From a bacterium (GTDB lineage Bacteria; Cyanobacteriota; Vampirovibrionia; Gastranaerophilales; Gastranaerophilaceae): DNA of 64,000 nucleotides. Shown one piece after another: positions 27,652 through 37,800 of the stretch. The position numbers and the translations under genes were made by a program. Where the stretch lies: assembly GCA_024408765.1 (NCBI GenBank), contig JAKSUR010000001.1, positions 15,612 to 79,611 of the forward strand, in the 5' to 3' direction. Under the pieces are notes generated by a model. It saw nothing but the letters and a program-made list of their open reading frames with translations, searched no databases and had not been told where the DNA came from. Positions within the stretch are counted from its first letter, which is position 1. Every line of letters begins with the position of its first letter.

Positions 27652-27882
27652 ATGGTAATGTCATTTGGCGGTATGGGAATGTGCGGTTTCGGAATGAGTG
27701 GTATGTCAGGATACGGTGGCGGTAATGTTTATCAAAGCTTGAAAGCGAAGTATGGAGCACCTGCCGATTTCCATGAAAGACCGAGCGTAGCACCGTATCC
27801 TATGGAGTGTATTCCTATGGCGCCTGAGCCTGTTATTCAAAGAACGAGGTTTGGTCGTTTTTTGAATAAACTTTATGGCTAA
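27652..27882 (+). CDS. Small (76 aa) protein with a Gly/Met-rich N-terminus and a basic C-terminus
   Basis: The ATG at 27652 has an AAAGG SD. The first 24 residues, MVMSFGGMGMCGFGMSGMSGYGGG, contain 10 Gly and 6 Met. The C-terminus reads RTRFGRFLNKLYG. No family recognised. Confidence 0.5.
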   Translation: MVMSFGGMGMCGFGMSGMSGYGGGNVYQSLKAKYGAPADFHERPSVAPYPMECIPMAPEPVIQRTRFGRFLNKLYG

Positions 27883-27935
27883 AATTTTTTTATTCATGCT
27901 ATTATATAACTGTTAATAAATATAGGAGTTATATT

Positions 27936-28436
27936 ATGGCTAAAGATTGCAGTTTTGATATTGTTTCCGAGTTTGATAAGCAAGAACTTGTTAATGCTGT
28001 GGATCAAGTTAAGAGAGATTTGAGTTCACGTTTTGACCTAAAAAATTCAAATTCGGAGATAGATTTAGAATCTGATAAAACAATTACAATCACTACAAAT
28101 GATGAAATGAAATTGAGGAATATATTTGATATTCTTCAATCAAAGCTGATTAAGAGGGGTTTGAGCATAAAGATACTTGATGCACAGGCAATAGAGAATG
28201 CTCTTGGCGGTAATGTTCGTCAGGTATATAATTTAAGAAAAGGTTTAACGCAAGAACTTTCTAAAAAAATAGTTGCTGATATTAAAGACTCAAAACTAAA
28301 AGTTCAGGCTTCTATTCAAGGTGAACAAGTCAGAGTATCAGGAAAAAGCAAAGATGATTTGCAAGAAGTTATTCAACTTCTTCGTAAGAACGAGGATAAA
28401 TACGATTATCCGCTTCAGTTTACAAATTACAGATAA
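27936..28436 (+). CDS. yajQ: YajQ-family nucleotide-binding protein
   Basis: 166 aa: SFDIVSEFDKQELVNAVDQVKRDLSSRFDLK... is the typical UPF0234/YajQ sequence. Confidence 0.92.
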   Translation: MAKDCSFDIVSEFDKQELVNAVDQVKRDLSSRFDLKNSNSEIDLESDKTITITTNDEMKLRNIFDILQSKLIKRGLSIKILDAQAIENALGGNVRQVYNLRKGLTQELSKKIVADIKDSKLKVQASIQGEQVRVSGKSKDDLQEVIQLLRKNEDKYDYPLQFTNYR

Positions 28437-28470
28437 AATGTACTAAAAATTGAACTCAGAGGAAAAATAA

Positions 28471-29838
28471 ATGCAAAATCTGGAAAATACAATAGACAGA
28501 ATAAAAGAATTGATGGATGCTGATACTGAGCAACAGCTCAGAGATGAACTTTCGGCATACCACTCTGCTGATATTGCGGATATTTTTCAACAATTATCAC
28601 CCGAAGAACGAATAGCATGTTTTACAAAATTAGACGAAGAAAAAGAAGCAGAAGTAATCGAATATTTAACACCTCAATTACAAGTTGAAATTCTTGGAGA
28701 TATTGATGAAGAGCTTGCTTCACGCTTAATTTCAAAACTTCCTCATGACGATGCGGCAGATGTCCTTGGTGATATGGAAGAGGATGAAAGTCAAGCATAT
28801 TTGGATAATTTGCCTGAAAAATTTTCTTCCGAATTAAGAGAATTGTTGACCTACAATGATGATACCGCAGGTGGTATTATGAACCCCAAAGTTCTTACGG
28901 TTGGTTACACAATGAGTGTTAAAGATGCCTTAGAAACCATAAGAATTAAAGCGGAAGAAGAAAGCATGGAATTATATTATGTTTATGTAGTAGATAAACA
29001 TAGTCATTTGCTTGGTGTTGTTTCTCTGAGGACTTTGCTTACTTCACCCGTAAATTTAAGCATTTCGGACATAATGATTAAAGATATCGTAAAGGTGCAT
29101 GTTGATGACTATCAGGGGCATATTGCGGATATATTTATGAAGTATCAGTTTAATGCACTTCCGGTTGTTGATTTGTATGACCACTTGAAAGGTATTGTTA
29201 CATGGGATGATGTTCAGGATGTTGTTGAAGAAGAAACAACTGACGAAATTCTTACATCATCAGGTATTGTTACGGATTTAGGCGATGATGATGACGATGT
29301 ATTGACGGGAAGTATTGCACACGCAATAAAAGCTCGTACGCCTTGGCTTTTAATTACACTTATAGGCGAATTTATTGCCGTATCAATCACAAGCAGATAT
29401 GACCGTACATTTACCGCACTTCCAGTGATTGCAGCTTTTATGCCGCTTCTTGCAGGATTGGGAGGTAATATCGGTACTCAAAGTATTACTCTTATGGTGC
29501 GTGGTATGTCAACAGGACAAATTGCTCTTAAATCCGGTTGGCATTACATTTGGAGAGAAACTATTACGGGATTAAGTATAGGGTGTATATTTGGTGCAGT
29601 AGTTACTTGTGTAACTTGGGGTTGGCAACACCATGTCGGGTTAGGTTTAATTGTCGGTCTTGCAATGACTCTTAACATGACTATTGCAACTATGATAGGA
29701 ACATGTACTCCTTTAATTCTGAAAAAATTAAAATGTGATCCGGCAGTTGCATCAGGGCCTGTTATTGCAACAACAATTGATGTAATCGGCTTGGCAGTTT
29801 ATCTTACCCTTGTTACTTGGTATTTGATATCGGTATAA
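28471..29838 (+). CDS. mgtE: Magnesium transporter MgtE
   Basis: MgtE N-domain, a CBS pair, and a C-terminal TM domain with the GLGGNIGTQS motif. Confidence 0.95.
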   Translation: MQNLENTIDRIKELMDADTEQQLRDELSAYHSADIADIFQQLSPEERIACFTKLDEEKEAEVIEYLTPQLQVEILGDIDEELASRLISKLPHDDAADVLGDMEEDESQAYLDNLPEKFSSELRELLTYNDDTAGGIMNPKVLTVGYTMSVKDALETIRIKAEEESMELYYVYVVDKHSHLLGVVSLRTLLTSPVNLSISDIMIKDIVKVHVDDYQGHIADIFMKYQFNALPVVDLYDHLKGIVTWDDVQDVVEEETTDEILTSSGIVTDLGDDDDDVLTGSIAHAIKARTPWLLITLIGEFIAVSITSRYDRTFTALPVIAAFMPLLAGLGGNIGTQSITLMVRGMSTGQIALKSGWHYIWRETITGLSIGCIFGAVVTCVTWGWQHHVGLGLIVGLAMTLNMTIATMIGTCTPLILKKLKCDPAVASGPVIATTIDVIGLAVYLTLVTWYLISV

Positions 29839-29841
29839 TTT

Positions 29842-31344
29842 TTAAAATTTCATGAAATTCATGTTGTGTCTTTCGAGATAATCTTTTAAGTCACGTTTAA
29901 TTTCAGGTGCTAAAATGTAGAGAACTATTACATTAGGAACGCACATAGAAATCATCATTGCATCTGTAATATAAAGTATAGATTTGACATTCATAGCTGA
30001 ACCGATAATTATAAATAAGCAATAGATTATATTGAAAGTAAGTACACGTTTTTTCCCTTCACCTAATAGAAAAGTCCAAGCTTTTTGTCCGTAATAAGCC
30101 CAAGAAATAAGAGTTGACATAGCAAACAAGACCGCAATTATTGAAAGAATTATCGGGAAAAACGGAATTACTGATTTAAAAGCATTTGATGCAAGTTCAA
30201 TGCCCATTGGTTCAGGCAATGCCTGATTACAAGTTCCTGAAAATACGATTGCAAAAGAAGTAAACAAACATAAAACACCGGTTAAGAATGTTTCAAGCAG
30301 AGCAACAAAGCCTTGTGATACCGGTTCTTTTGACTGAGCTGTCGCATAAACAATTGCAGCCGCACCTGTTCCGGCTTCATTTGATTGAACAGAACGTCTT
30401 AAACCTATAATTATTGTTCCCAACACTCCGCCTGCAACTGCTGTTGGGTGGAATGCTTCTTTCAAAATTAACATCAAAGCATGCGGAATATTTGTAAAGT
30501 TTGCCAAAATAACAATCAAACCTGAAATGATGTACATTCCACACATTGTCGGAGTCAAAACTGTTGTAACTCTAGCTATACTTTTAATACCTCCGACAAC
30601 AACCAATCCGATAAGTATAGCACAAACCAAGCCAATTACCCAAGCATAACCATGGAATATACTGTTAGTATTACCCGTAATAAATATAATTTGTTCCGCT
30701 GTTTGATTAATTTGAATCATATTACCGCCTGTTATACCTCCGCCAATACAAAGAACTGCAAAAATTACGGAAAGCGGTTGACCTAACCAGCGTAGTTTTT
30801 TACGAGTCAAACCGTGTGCAATATAGTGCATTGGGCCGCCTGATACAGAACCGTCAAGGTTGAACCTTCTATATTTAACCGCAAGAGTGGCTTCAACAAA
30901 TTTTATTGACATACCCAAAATTGCACCAAAAAATATCCAAAATGCCGCACCGGGGCCGCCTATTGAAATAGAAAGAGCAACTCCTGCAATACTTCCTATT
31001 CCTATTGTCCCTGATAGAGCTGTTGCTAAAGCTTGAAATGAACTAACTTCGCCAAGTCCATCCTGACCCTTTTCAGGTTTTTTAATTATATTATCAATTG
31101 CGTGTTTAAAACCCCAAATTGCAATACCTTTAAAATAAATAGTGAAGAAAATACCTGCGAATAAAATCCAGAAAATTATAAGCGGAACTTTTCCGCCTGC
31201 AACAGGAATTGAAAAGAAAATAACATCTGCAATTCTGTCTGTCACAGGAGCTATGTGTTTATCTATAAACGCATCAATATTCATAGCCTGAACAGATTGC
31301 AAACTAGTTAACATCATCATTAAAGTCATTAAAAATCTTTTCAT
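29842..31344 (-). CDS. Alanine/glycine:cation symporter (AGCS family)
   Basis: 500 aa polytopic protein with GGPGAAFWIFF and SNEAGTGAAAI motifs typical of AGCS. Confidence 0.9.
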   Translation of the reverse strand: MKRFLMTLMMMLTSLQSVQAMNIDAFIDKHIAPVTDRIADVIFFSIPVAGGKVPLIIFWILFAGIFFTIYFKGIAIWGFKHAIDNIIKKPEKGQDGLGEVSSFQALATALSGTIGIGSIAGVALSISIGGPGAAFWIFFGAILGMSIKFVEATLAVKYRRFNLDGSVSGGPMHYIAHGLTRKKLRWLGQPLSVIFAVLCIGGGITGGNMIQINQTAEQIIFITGNTNSIFHGYAWVIGLVCAILIGLVVVGGIKSIARVTTVLTPTMCGMYIISGLIVILANFTNIPHALMLILKEAFHPTAVAGGVLGTIIIGLRRSVQSNEAGTGAAAIVYATAQSKEPVSQGFVALLETFLTGVLCLFTSFAIVFSGTCNQALPEPMGIELASNAFKSVIPFFPIILSIIAVLFAMSTLISWAYYGQKAWTFLLGEGKKRVLTFNIIYCLFIIIGSAMNVKSILYITDAMMISMCVPNVIVLYILAPEIKRDLKDYLERHNMNFMKF

Positions 31345-31528
31345 AATCTCTTTTCTCTTTTCCTTAAATAGCTAGCGTATAATCATGACACTGTTTCAAT
31401 TCTATCAAAAAATGTTTGATTCGTAAAAAAATCTTTACAATTTGCTTAACGGAAAATTTATATAAAATTATATTTTAAAACGATTTGTTGTATAATTAAT
31501 CTTATATGACATTTTGAGGAATTTAATT

Positions 31529-34177
31529 ATGCTAAAAGGAAATGAAATCAGACAATTATTTTTAGATTATTTTAAAGAAAAAAGAGAGCATACGGTTGTT
31601 GAAAGTTCAAGTCTTGTTCCTGACAACCCAACCGTGCTTTTGACAACAGCAGGCATGTTGCAATTCTTACCAATGTTTTTGGGAATTGTAAAGCCTCCTT
31701 ATAATCCTCCAAGAGCAACTTCATGCCAAAAATGTGCAAGAGCCGGCGGTAAAGATTCTGATATTGAGAATGTGGGAAGAACTCCACGTCATCATACTTT
31801 TTTTGAAATGCTGGGGAATTTTTCTTTTGGCGACTATTATAAAAAAGAAATTATTCCTTGGGCTTGGGAATTTGTAACGGAAGTTTTGAAACTTGACAAG
31901 GACAGACTTTGGATAACAATTTTTGAAACAGATGACGAAGCTTTTGAAATATGGAGAAGCATCGGAGTCCCTGCTGAAAGAATTAAGAGAAAAGGGAAAA
32001 AGGATAATTTTTGGGGGCCTCCTGGAGCTTCCGGTTCTTGCGGGCCATGTTCTGAAATTCACTACGACTTAGGCGAAGAATACTCTTGCGGTCATCCGAA
32101 TTGTGGTATTGATACTTGTGAATGTGACAGGTGGGTTGAAATTTGGAATCTTGTATTTACTGAGCTTTATCAAGATGAAGAAGGTAATCAATCTCCGTTA
32201 GAAAAGAAAAATGTTGATACAGGCATGGGTTTAGAACGTATAACAATGGTTTGTCAAGGAGTAGCATCTACCTTTGAAACTGATTTATTAAAACCTATTC
32301 TTGATAAAGTTTCGGAAATGAGCGGTGTTCCTTACAAAAAGTCGGAAAAAACAGATGTTTCGCTCAGAATAATAACCGACCATGCAAGATGTGTGTCTTT
32401 TTTGATTTCTGATGGAGTTATCCCCGGAAATGAAGGCAGAAGTTATGTTCTTAGGATGATTCTACGTCGTGCATTAAGACATGGCAAAATTTTGGGTATG
32501 GATTTGCCATTCTTATACAAACTGGTTGATGTTGTAATAGAAAACTACGGTGGTGCTTATCCTGAACTTATCAAGAATAAAGACAAAATAAAAGATGTTA
32601 TTAAAAAAGAAGAAGAAAGATTTGGTAAAACCCTTGACAGAGGTTACAAACTTCTTGAAGAATTTATTGCGAAAAAGAAAGATATAGACGGAGAAAATGC
32701 ATTCAGGCTTTATGATACATTCGGTTTTCCGTTTGAATTAACTCGTGAAATTGCAGAAGAAAACGGGCTTAAGGTAGATGAAAACGGTTATAAAGTCGCA
32801 ATGCAGGAACAAAAAGATAGAGCAAAAGCTGCAACAGCCAAAATTTCCGTTACAGGCGATATAAAATATGCAAAAGTCGAGGAACAAGTCGGTTCTACTG
32901 AGTTTGTCGGGTATGAATATCCGGCATGCGAAGCTAAAGTTATAGCTTTAATCGACGGTGAGGGGTATACGGATGTTGTCCTTGATATTACTCCATTTTA
33001 CGCAGAATGTGGCGGTCAGGTTGGTGATAGCGGATATATTCTAAATGAAACTTTAAAAGCGGAAGTTTTAACAACATTTAAGGTGAACAGTTTATTTGTT
33101 CACAGATGTCAGATTGTGAATGGTGAAATAAATGTCGGTGATAATGTTGTTGCAGCAATCGATAATGCAAAACGTGCTGAAATAATGGTTCACCATACAT
33201 CTGCGCACTTACTTCAAGCAGCTTTGATAAAGGTTGTTGGTGATGAAGTTAAGCAAGCCGGTTCTTTGGTAGAAGAAAATCGTATGAGGTTTGACTTTAC
33301 ATTCTCTCGTGCTATGACTCCTCAGGAAGTTCAAAAAACGGAAGATATTATAAATGAATGGATTGGTGCAAAACTTCCTGTTCAAACGGATGTAATGGAT
33401 ATTGAAGAAGCTAAATTGACCGGTGCAACAGCACTATTCGGAGAAAAATATGGTGATGTGGTTCGTGTTGTTTCAATCGGCGGAGAAAAACACTGCCATT
33501 GCCATGGTGGAGGAGGTTGTAAACACCATCAAGCAAGCGAAGTTATTTCAAGAGAATTTTGCGCCGGAACTCATGCTAAAAATACAGGTGATTTAAGATT
33601 AATAAAAATCATCTCAGAAAGTGCAATTGCAGCTGGTACAAGAAGAATTGAAGCTGTTGTTTCAAAGGCCGCGCTAGAATATGTAAATACCAAAATTAAT
33701 GTTACAAATGCGCTTGAATCAAGATTTAAAGTTCATACTGATGAAATTTTTGAACGTGTTGAGAAATTGGCGGAAGAAAACAGAGAACTCCAAAAAGAAC
33801 TTGAAAAAGTAAAAGGAGAAGTCGCAAGAGGAAAATTCATTACACTTGTTTCAAAAGCAAAAGATATAAGTGAAGGCAAATTGCTTATATTTAAAGTCGA
33901 TAATGATATTGACGGTAATGCTATGAAAACAGGCGTTGAGCTTTTATCTAACAAATTAGGTAATTCCGTAATAGTTCTTGCTAATTCTAAAACAGTAATT
34001 TCAAAAGTTACGGATAATTTTATTTCAAAAGGTATAAATGCCGGTAAAATTGTAGGAGAAATATCAAAAGCAACAGGTGCAAACGGAGGTGGCAGACCGA
34101 ATTTTGCACAAGGCGGAATAAAAGATGCTTCAATGCTTGACGAAATACTTGAAAAAATTGAAAGCGAAATTAAGTAA
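31529..34177 (+). CDS. alaS: Alanine--tRNA ligase
   Basis: Class II catalytic core (FFEMLGNFSFGDYFK-like, WGPPG...GPCSEIH), an editing domain (HHTSAHLL, CAGTH) and a C-terminal DHHA1-like domain. The ATG at 31529 has a GAGGA SD; the track start is a TTG. Confidence 0.96.
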   Translation: MLKGNEIRQLFLDYFKEKREHTVVESSSLVPDNPTVLLTTAGMLQFLPMFLGIVKPPYNPPRATSCQKCARAGGKDSDIENVGRTPRHHTFFEMLGNFSFGDYYKKEIIPWAWEFVTEVLKLDKDRLWITIFETDDEAFEIWRSIGVPAERIKRKGKKDNFWGPPGASGSCGPCSEIHYDLGEEYSCGHPNCGIDTCECDRWVEIWNLVFTELYQDEEGNQSPLEKKNVDTGMGLERITMVCQGVASTFETDLLKPILDKVSEMSGVPYKKSEKTDVSLRIITDHARCVSFLISDGVIPGNEGRSYVLRMILRRALRHGKILGMDLPFLYKLVDVVIENYGGAYPELIKNKDKIKDVIKKEEERFGKTLDRGYKLLEEFIAKKKDIDGENAFRLYDTFGFPFELTREIAEENGLKVDENGYKVAMQEQKDRAKAATAKISVTGDIKYAKVEEQVGSTEFVGYEYPACEAKVIALIDGEGYTDVVLDITPFYAECGGQVGDSGYILNETLKAEVLTTFKVNSLFVHRCQIVNGEINVGDNVVAAIDNAKRAEIMVHHTSAHLLQAALIKVVGDEVKQAGSLVEENRMRFDFTFSRAMTPQEVQKTEDIINEWIGAKLPVQTDVMDIEEAKLTGATALFGEKYGDVVRVVSIGGEKHCHCHGGGGCKHHQASEVISREFCAGTHAKNTGDLRLIKIISESAIAAGTRRIEAVVSKAALEYVNTKINVTNALESRFKVHTDEIFERVEKLAEENRELQKELEKVKGEVARGKFITLVSKAKDISEGKLLIFKVDNDIDGNAMKTGVELLSNKLGNSVIVLANSKTVISKVTDNFISKGINAGKIVGEISKATGANGGGRPNFAQGGIKDASMLDEILEKIESEIK

Positions 34178-34187
34178 TTAAAAGATT

Positions 34188-34865
34188 TTATATAACTCCA
34201 AGTTTTTTACAGGCTTCGTATGCACATTCTTGCTGTGTTTCTTTTTTGGATGAGCCTTTACAAACAGCAAGCATTTCACCATGCCAGTATACACCGATTT
34301 CAAATACAGGCTTGTGTGCAGGCCCTTCCATACTAATAGTTTTATATTCGGGTAAAGTTTTATCTATTCCTTGTGTATACTGTTGAAGCACATCTTTGGC
34401 ATTATATTTCTCAAAATGTTCATCTATATCTTTTGCAAATGGAAGTAAATATTTTTCGATAAAATGCTCAACACAATTACCTTTTCCGCTTAAATAATAC
34501 GCACCCAAAATAGCTTCTAACGAACATGCAAGATTTGATTCTCTATACCTTCCTCCTTGTTTTGCTTCGGCTTTTCCAAGTATAATGAGTTTTTCAAGTC
34601 CGATTTGTAAAGCTATTTTATGCAATGTGTAATCAGAAACAAGTATTGAACGAATTTTGGATAATTTCCCTTCAGGATATTCAGGATAAAGTTCATATAA
34701 TAATTTTGATGTATATAATTTCAAAACCGAATCCCCAAAAAACTCCAAGCGCTCATAGTTTTCAAGTGAATCAAGTTCGCCTTTTTCTTTTGTAAAAGAA
34801 GGATGAGTCAATGCTTTTTTTAAAAGTTTATTATCGGCATTTTCTCCGAAAAATTCATTCAGCAT
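34188..34865 (-). CDS. rnc: Ribonuclease III
   Basis: Signature ERLEFFGDSVL and a C-terminal dsRBD. The ATG at 34865 overlaps the cdsA stop (TAATG). Confidence 0.93.
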   Translation of the reverse strand: MLNEFFGENADNKLLKKALTHPSFTKEKGELDSLENYERLEFFGDSVLKLYTSKLLYELYPEYPEGKLSKIRSILVSDYTLHKIALQIGLEKLIILGKAEAKQGGRYRESNLACSLEAILGAYYLSGKGNCVEHFIEKYLLPFAKDIDEHFEKYNAKDVLQQYTQGIDKTLPEYKTISMEGPAHKPVFEIGVYWHGEMLAVCKGSSKKETQQECAYEACKKLGVI

Positions 34866-35698
34866 TAAAACCAACCCTTAAAATTAATAATATAAAGTGC
34901 ATAATAATAAACAATCGGAATTGTCAAAATATAACTGTCCAATCTGTCTAAAAATCCGCCATGCCCCGGTAAAATGTTGCTGGAATCTTTTACTCCGGCA
35001 TCCCTTTTAATCATTGATTCGCATAAATCCCCTAATTGAGCTGATGCTGATATTATTAAACCAAGAATCATTGCGTGATACCAAGGTATGCATAGCATAA
35101 TTCCAACAATCACAGCTGATATTATTCCAAATAAAGCACCTCCGATTGAGCCTTCAATCGTTTTATTAGGGCTTATTACGGGTGCGAGTTTATGTTTTCC
35201 GAATTTAATTCCTGTAAAATAGCAAAAAGTATCAGTAAGCAGTACAGAAAAAAGTATTACCAAGCAATAATTAGCACCCTCAGGGTATGGGATAAAACTG
35301 CTCGGTGAAGTATTGCCTATGTGTCTTAAAAGTATCAAGTGCAGCGGAAACCAACCACAATATATAAATCCAAACACAGTTGTTGCAACATTAGCAATAT
35401 ATGGCTGTTTGCCTTTAAACAGCACAGATAATAAAGCCATTAATGATGATAGGGTTACAATAAACAGTACGTATTCAGGTTTCGCTAAATAAGCTGCCGT
35501 TGCAAACAAAATATTTGATATAACAATAATTTTAAAACTGGGTAAAAATCCTTTATGTTTTAAAATTTCAGTATACTCTTTTGCAAGATAAAAAGACGCA
35601 CCAAGTATTAACAGAGAAAGCCAAATACCACCTGCAAGCATTGAAAAAAATGCTGTGAATCCGACAACTATTCCTGTTATAAGACGTCTGCAATCCAT
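34865..35698 (-). CDS. cdsA: Phosphatidate cytidylyltransferase
   Basis: Polytopic protein with the C-terminal signature SMIKRDAGVKDSSNILPGHGGFLDRLDS. Confidence 0.9.
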   Translation of the reverse strand: MDCRRLITGIVVGFTAFFSMLAGGIWLSLLILGASFYLAKEYTEILKHKGFLPSFKIIVISNILFATAAYLAKPEYVLFIVTLSSLMALLSVLFKGKQPYIANVATTVFGFIYCGWFPLHLILLRHIGNTSPSSFIPYPEGANYCLVILFSVLLTDTFCYFTGIKFGKHKLAPVISPNKTIEGSIGGALFGIISAVIVGIMLCIPWYHAMILGLIISASAQLGDLCESMIKRDAGVKDSSNILPGHGGFLDRLDSYILTIPIVYYYALYIINFKGWF

Positions 35699-36264
35699 TA
35701 TACCGTCATAACCTCTTTTTCTTTTTCACTAACCATAGAATCAATTATTCCGACATATTTGTCAGTCATCTTTTGAATTTTATCCTGATTATCTTTTACT
35801 GTATCTTCAGGTAAATTTTCATCTTTTTCGATTTTTTTCAAATCATCAACTATATCTCTTCTTGCATTTCTGATAGCAATCTTAGCATCTTCGCCAAATT
35901 TTTTAACTTCTTTTGCAGTTTCTCTTCTTCTTTCTTCGGTTAGCGGAGGGAAGTTTAATCTTACGCAAGTTCCGTCATTATTTGGGGCTACGCCTATTTC
36001 TGCTTTTATAATTGCTTTTTCAAGTTCTTTAATTATGCTTTTGTCAAACGGAGTTATTACGAGTGTTGTTCCTTCTGAAACACTGACTTGAGCTATTTGT
36101 CTGATAGGAGTAGGTGCACCGTAATATTCAACCACAACTTTATCTAAGATTCCGGGATTGGCTCTTCCTGTTCTTACGGATGAAAATTCTCTTTTCATCT
36201 GAGAAATTGCTTTTTCCATTTTTTCTTCGCCAAACAAATACATTTCTTCAAGAGCTTCTGACAT
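35698..36264 (-). CDS. frr: Ribosome recycling factor
   Basis: 188 aa with REFSSVRTGRANPGILD and RNARRD motifs. Confidence 0.96.
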   Translation of the reverse strand: MSEALEEMYLFGEEKMEKAISQMKREFSSVRTGRANPGILDKVVVEYYGAPTPIRQIAQVSVSEGTTLVITPFDKSIIKELEKAIIKAEIGVAPNNDGTCVRLNFPPLTEERRRETAKEVKKFGEDAKIAIRNARRDIVDDLKKIEKDENLPEDTVKDNQDKIQKMTDKYVGIIDSMVSEKEKEVMTV

Positions 36265-36283
36265 AATATTCTCCTTTATAATA

Positions 36284-37003
36284 TTAACTTATATATGTAC
36301 CGACTGATTTTCCGTTCATTATATTAACAAGACTTCCTTCTGCTTTAAAATCAAACACAATAATCGGGATGTTATTTTGTTTACACAAAGCACATGCAGA
36401 AGTATCCATGACCTTCAAATCTTTTTTTATAATTTCCGCATAAGAAATTTTATCTATTTTTTTTGCATTTGGATTGGTTTTGGGGTCATCATCATAAACA
36501 CCGTCTACGCCGTTCTTTGCCATAAGCATGACTTCTGCATTTATTTCTGATGCCCGAAGTGCTGATGCTGTGTCAGTTGTAAAGAAAGGATTTCCTGTGC
36601 CTGCTGCAAATATTACTACACGACCTTTTTCGAGATGCCTTATTGCTCTGTGGCGAACGTAAGGTTCTGCAATCTGATTCATTGCAATAGCTGTTTGAAC
36701 TCTGCATTCGACTTCAATCTTTTTTAATGCACACTGAAGGCAAACCGCATTCATTACAGTTGCGAGCATGCCGACATAATCACCTGATGCTTGATCCATA
36801 CCGAGTTTTGCACTGTTTTTCATTCCTCTGAAAATGTTACCGCCACCGACTACAACTGCAATTTCAACTCCACGTTCATAAATTGAACGTATTTCTTCCG
36901 CAATCATTTCGACAGGTTTTGGATCGATTCCAAACTGTTGATCGCCTAATAAAGCTTCTCCGCTGATTTTCAGCAATACACGATTATATTTATTATCAAC
37001 CAT
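36284..37003 (-). CDS. pyrH: UMP kinase
   Basis: [21 protein letters not shown] and [12 protein letters not shown] motifs. Confidence 0.96.
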   Translation of the reverse strand: MVDNKYNRVLLKISGEALLGDQQFGIDPKPVEMIAEEIRSIYERGVEIAVVVGGGNIFRGMKNSAKLGMDQASGDYVGMLATVMNAVCLQCALKKIEVECRVQTAIAMNQIAEPYVRHRAIRHLEKGRVVIFAAGTGNPFFTTDTASALRASEINAEVMLMAKNGVDGVYDDDPKTNPNAKKIDKISYAEIIKKDLKVMDTSACALCKQNNIPIIVFDFKAEGSLVNIMNGKSVGTYIS

Positions 37004-37239
37004 TTAATTAACTCCGCAAATAATCTTATTGAGTACATGTTATTAAAAAATATGCCAAATGTAAAGGGTTACGGCAAAATATGTTAAAATTTCAATATAA
37101 ATTTTATAGCTTAACAAAAATTAAAAAAATTAAAATTTGTAAACTCTTTGAATAAAATTTTTTATTGGGATAGAATGAAAATAGGGGAAAAATTATACAT
37201 TTTTGTATAAATTTTATTTATTAAGAGAGTAGGGAAGGA

Positions 37240-37731
37240 ATGAATTATCACAATATAACCAAAGACGATATGTTGAATGGCGACGGTTTGAGAACTGTAC
37301 TTTGGGTAGCAGGTTGTACGCATCATTGTCATAATTGTCAAAATCCGATTACATGGGATGTGGCAGGCGGACTTCCGTTTGATGAAGAAGCTGAAAATGA
37401 ACTTTTTGAAGCTCTGAATAAACCATATTGTTCAGGAATTACTTTTTCAGGTGGTGATCCTCTGCACCCTTTTAACAGAGATGAAGTATTTAGGCTGGCT
37501 AAGAAAATAAAGGAAGAATTACCGGGAAAAACGACTTGGCTTTATACGGGATTTTTGTGGGAAGAAGTAAAAGATATCCCTGATATGAAATATATTGATG
37601 TAATTTGTGAAGGTAAATTTGTTGAAGAACTTTTGGACAACAGGCTTCACTGGGTTGGAAGTTCAAATCAAAGAGTTATGGATGTTCAAAAATCCATAGA
37701 AACTAATTCTGTCGTACTTCATAATTCTTAA
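37240..37731 (+). CDS. nrdG: Anaerobic ribonucleoside-triphosphate reductase activating protein
   Basis: GDGLRTVLWVAGCTHHCHNCQNP (CX3CX2C) and GITFSGGDP. 163 aa. Confidence 0.9.
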   Translation: MNYHNITKDDMLNGDGLRTVLWVAGCTHHCHNCQNPITWDVAGGLPFDEEAENELFEALNKPYCSGITFSGGDPLHPFNRDEVFRLAKKIKEELPGKTTWLYTGFLWEEVKDIPDMKYIDVICEGKFVEELLDNRLHWVGSSNQRVMDVQKSIETNSVVLHNS

Positions 37732-37800
37732 AGGCTAATTGCAAACAGTATTCGTCTTTTGTATAATACTCTCGTTGAGCTTTATTTTTAGGGTTTCGTA

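Noticed and set aside
34831-34838. A perfect GCCGATAA (sigma-28 -10 box) on the minus strand
   Set aside because: It lies inside the 5' end of the rnc coding sequence, and there is no TAAA at the required 15-nt distance. It is most likely a chance match.
37193-37210. The palindrome TTATACA-TTTT-TGTATAA upstream of nrdG read as an NrdR box
   Set aside because: The palindrome is real, but its half-site does not resemble the NrdR consensus (acaCwAtATaTwGtgt). Only one copy is present, whereas NrdR boxes usually occur in tandem.
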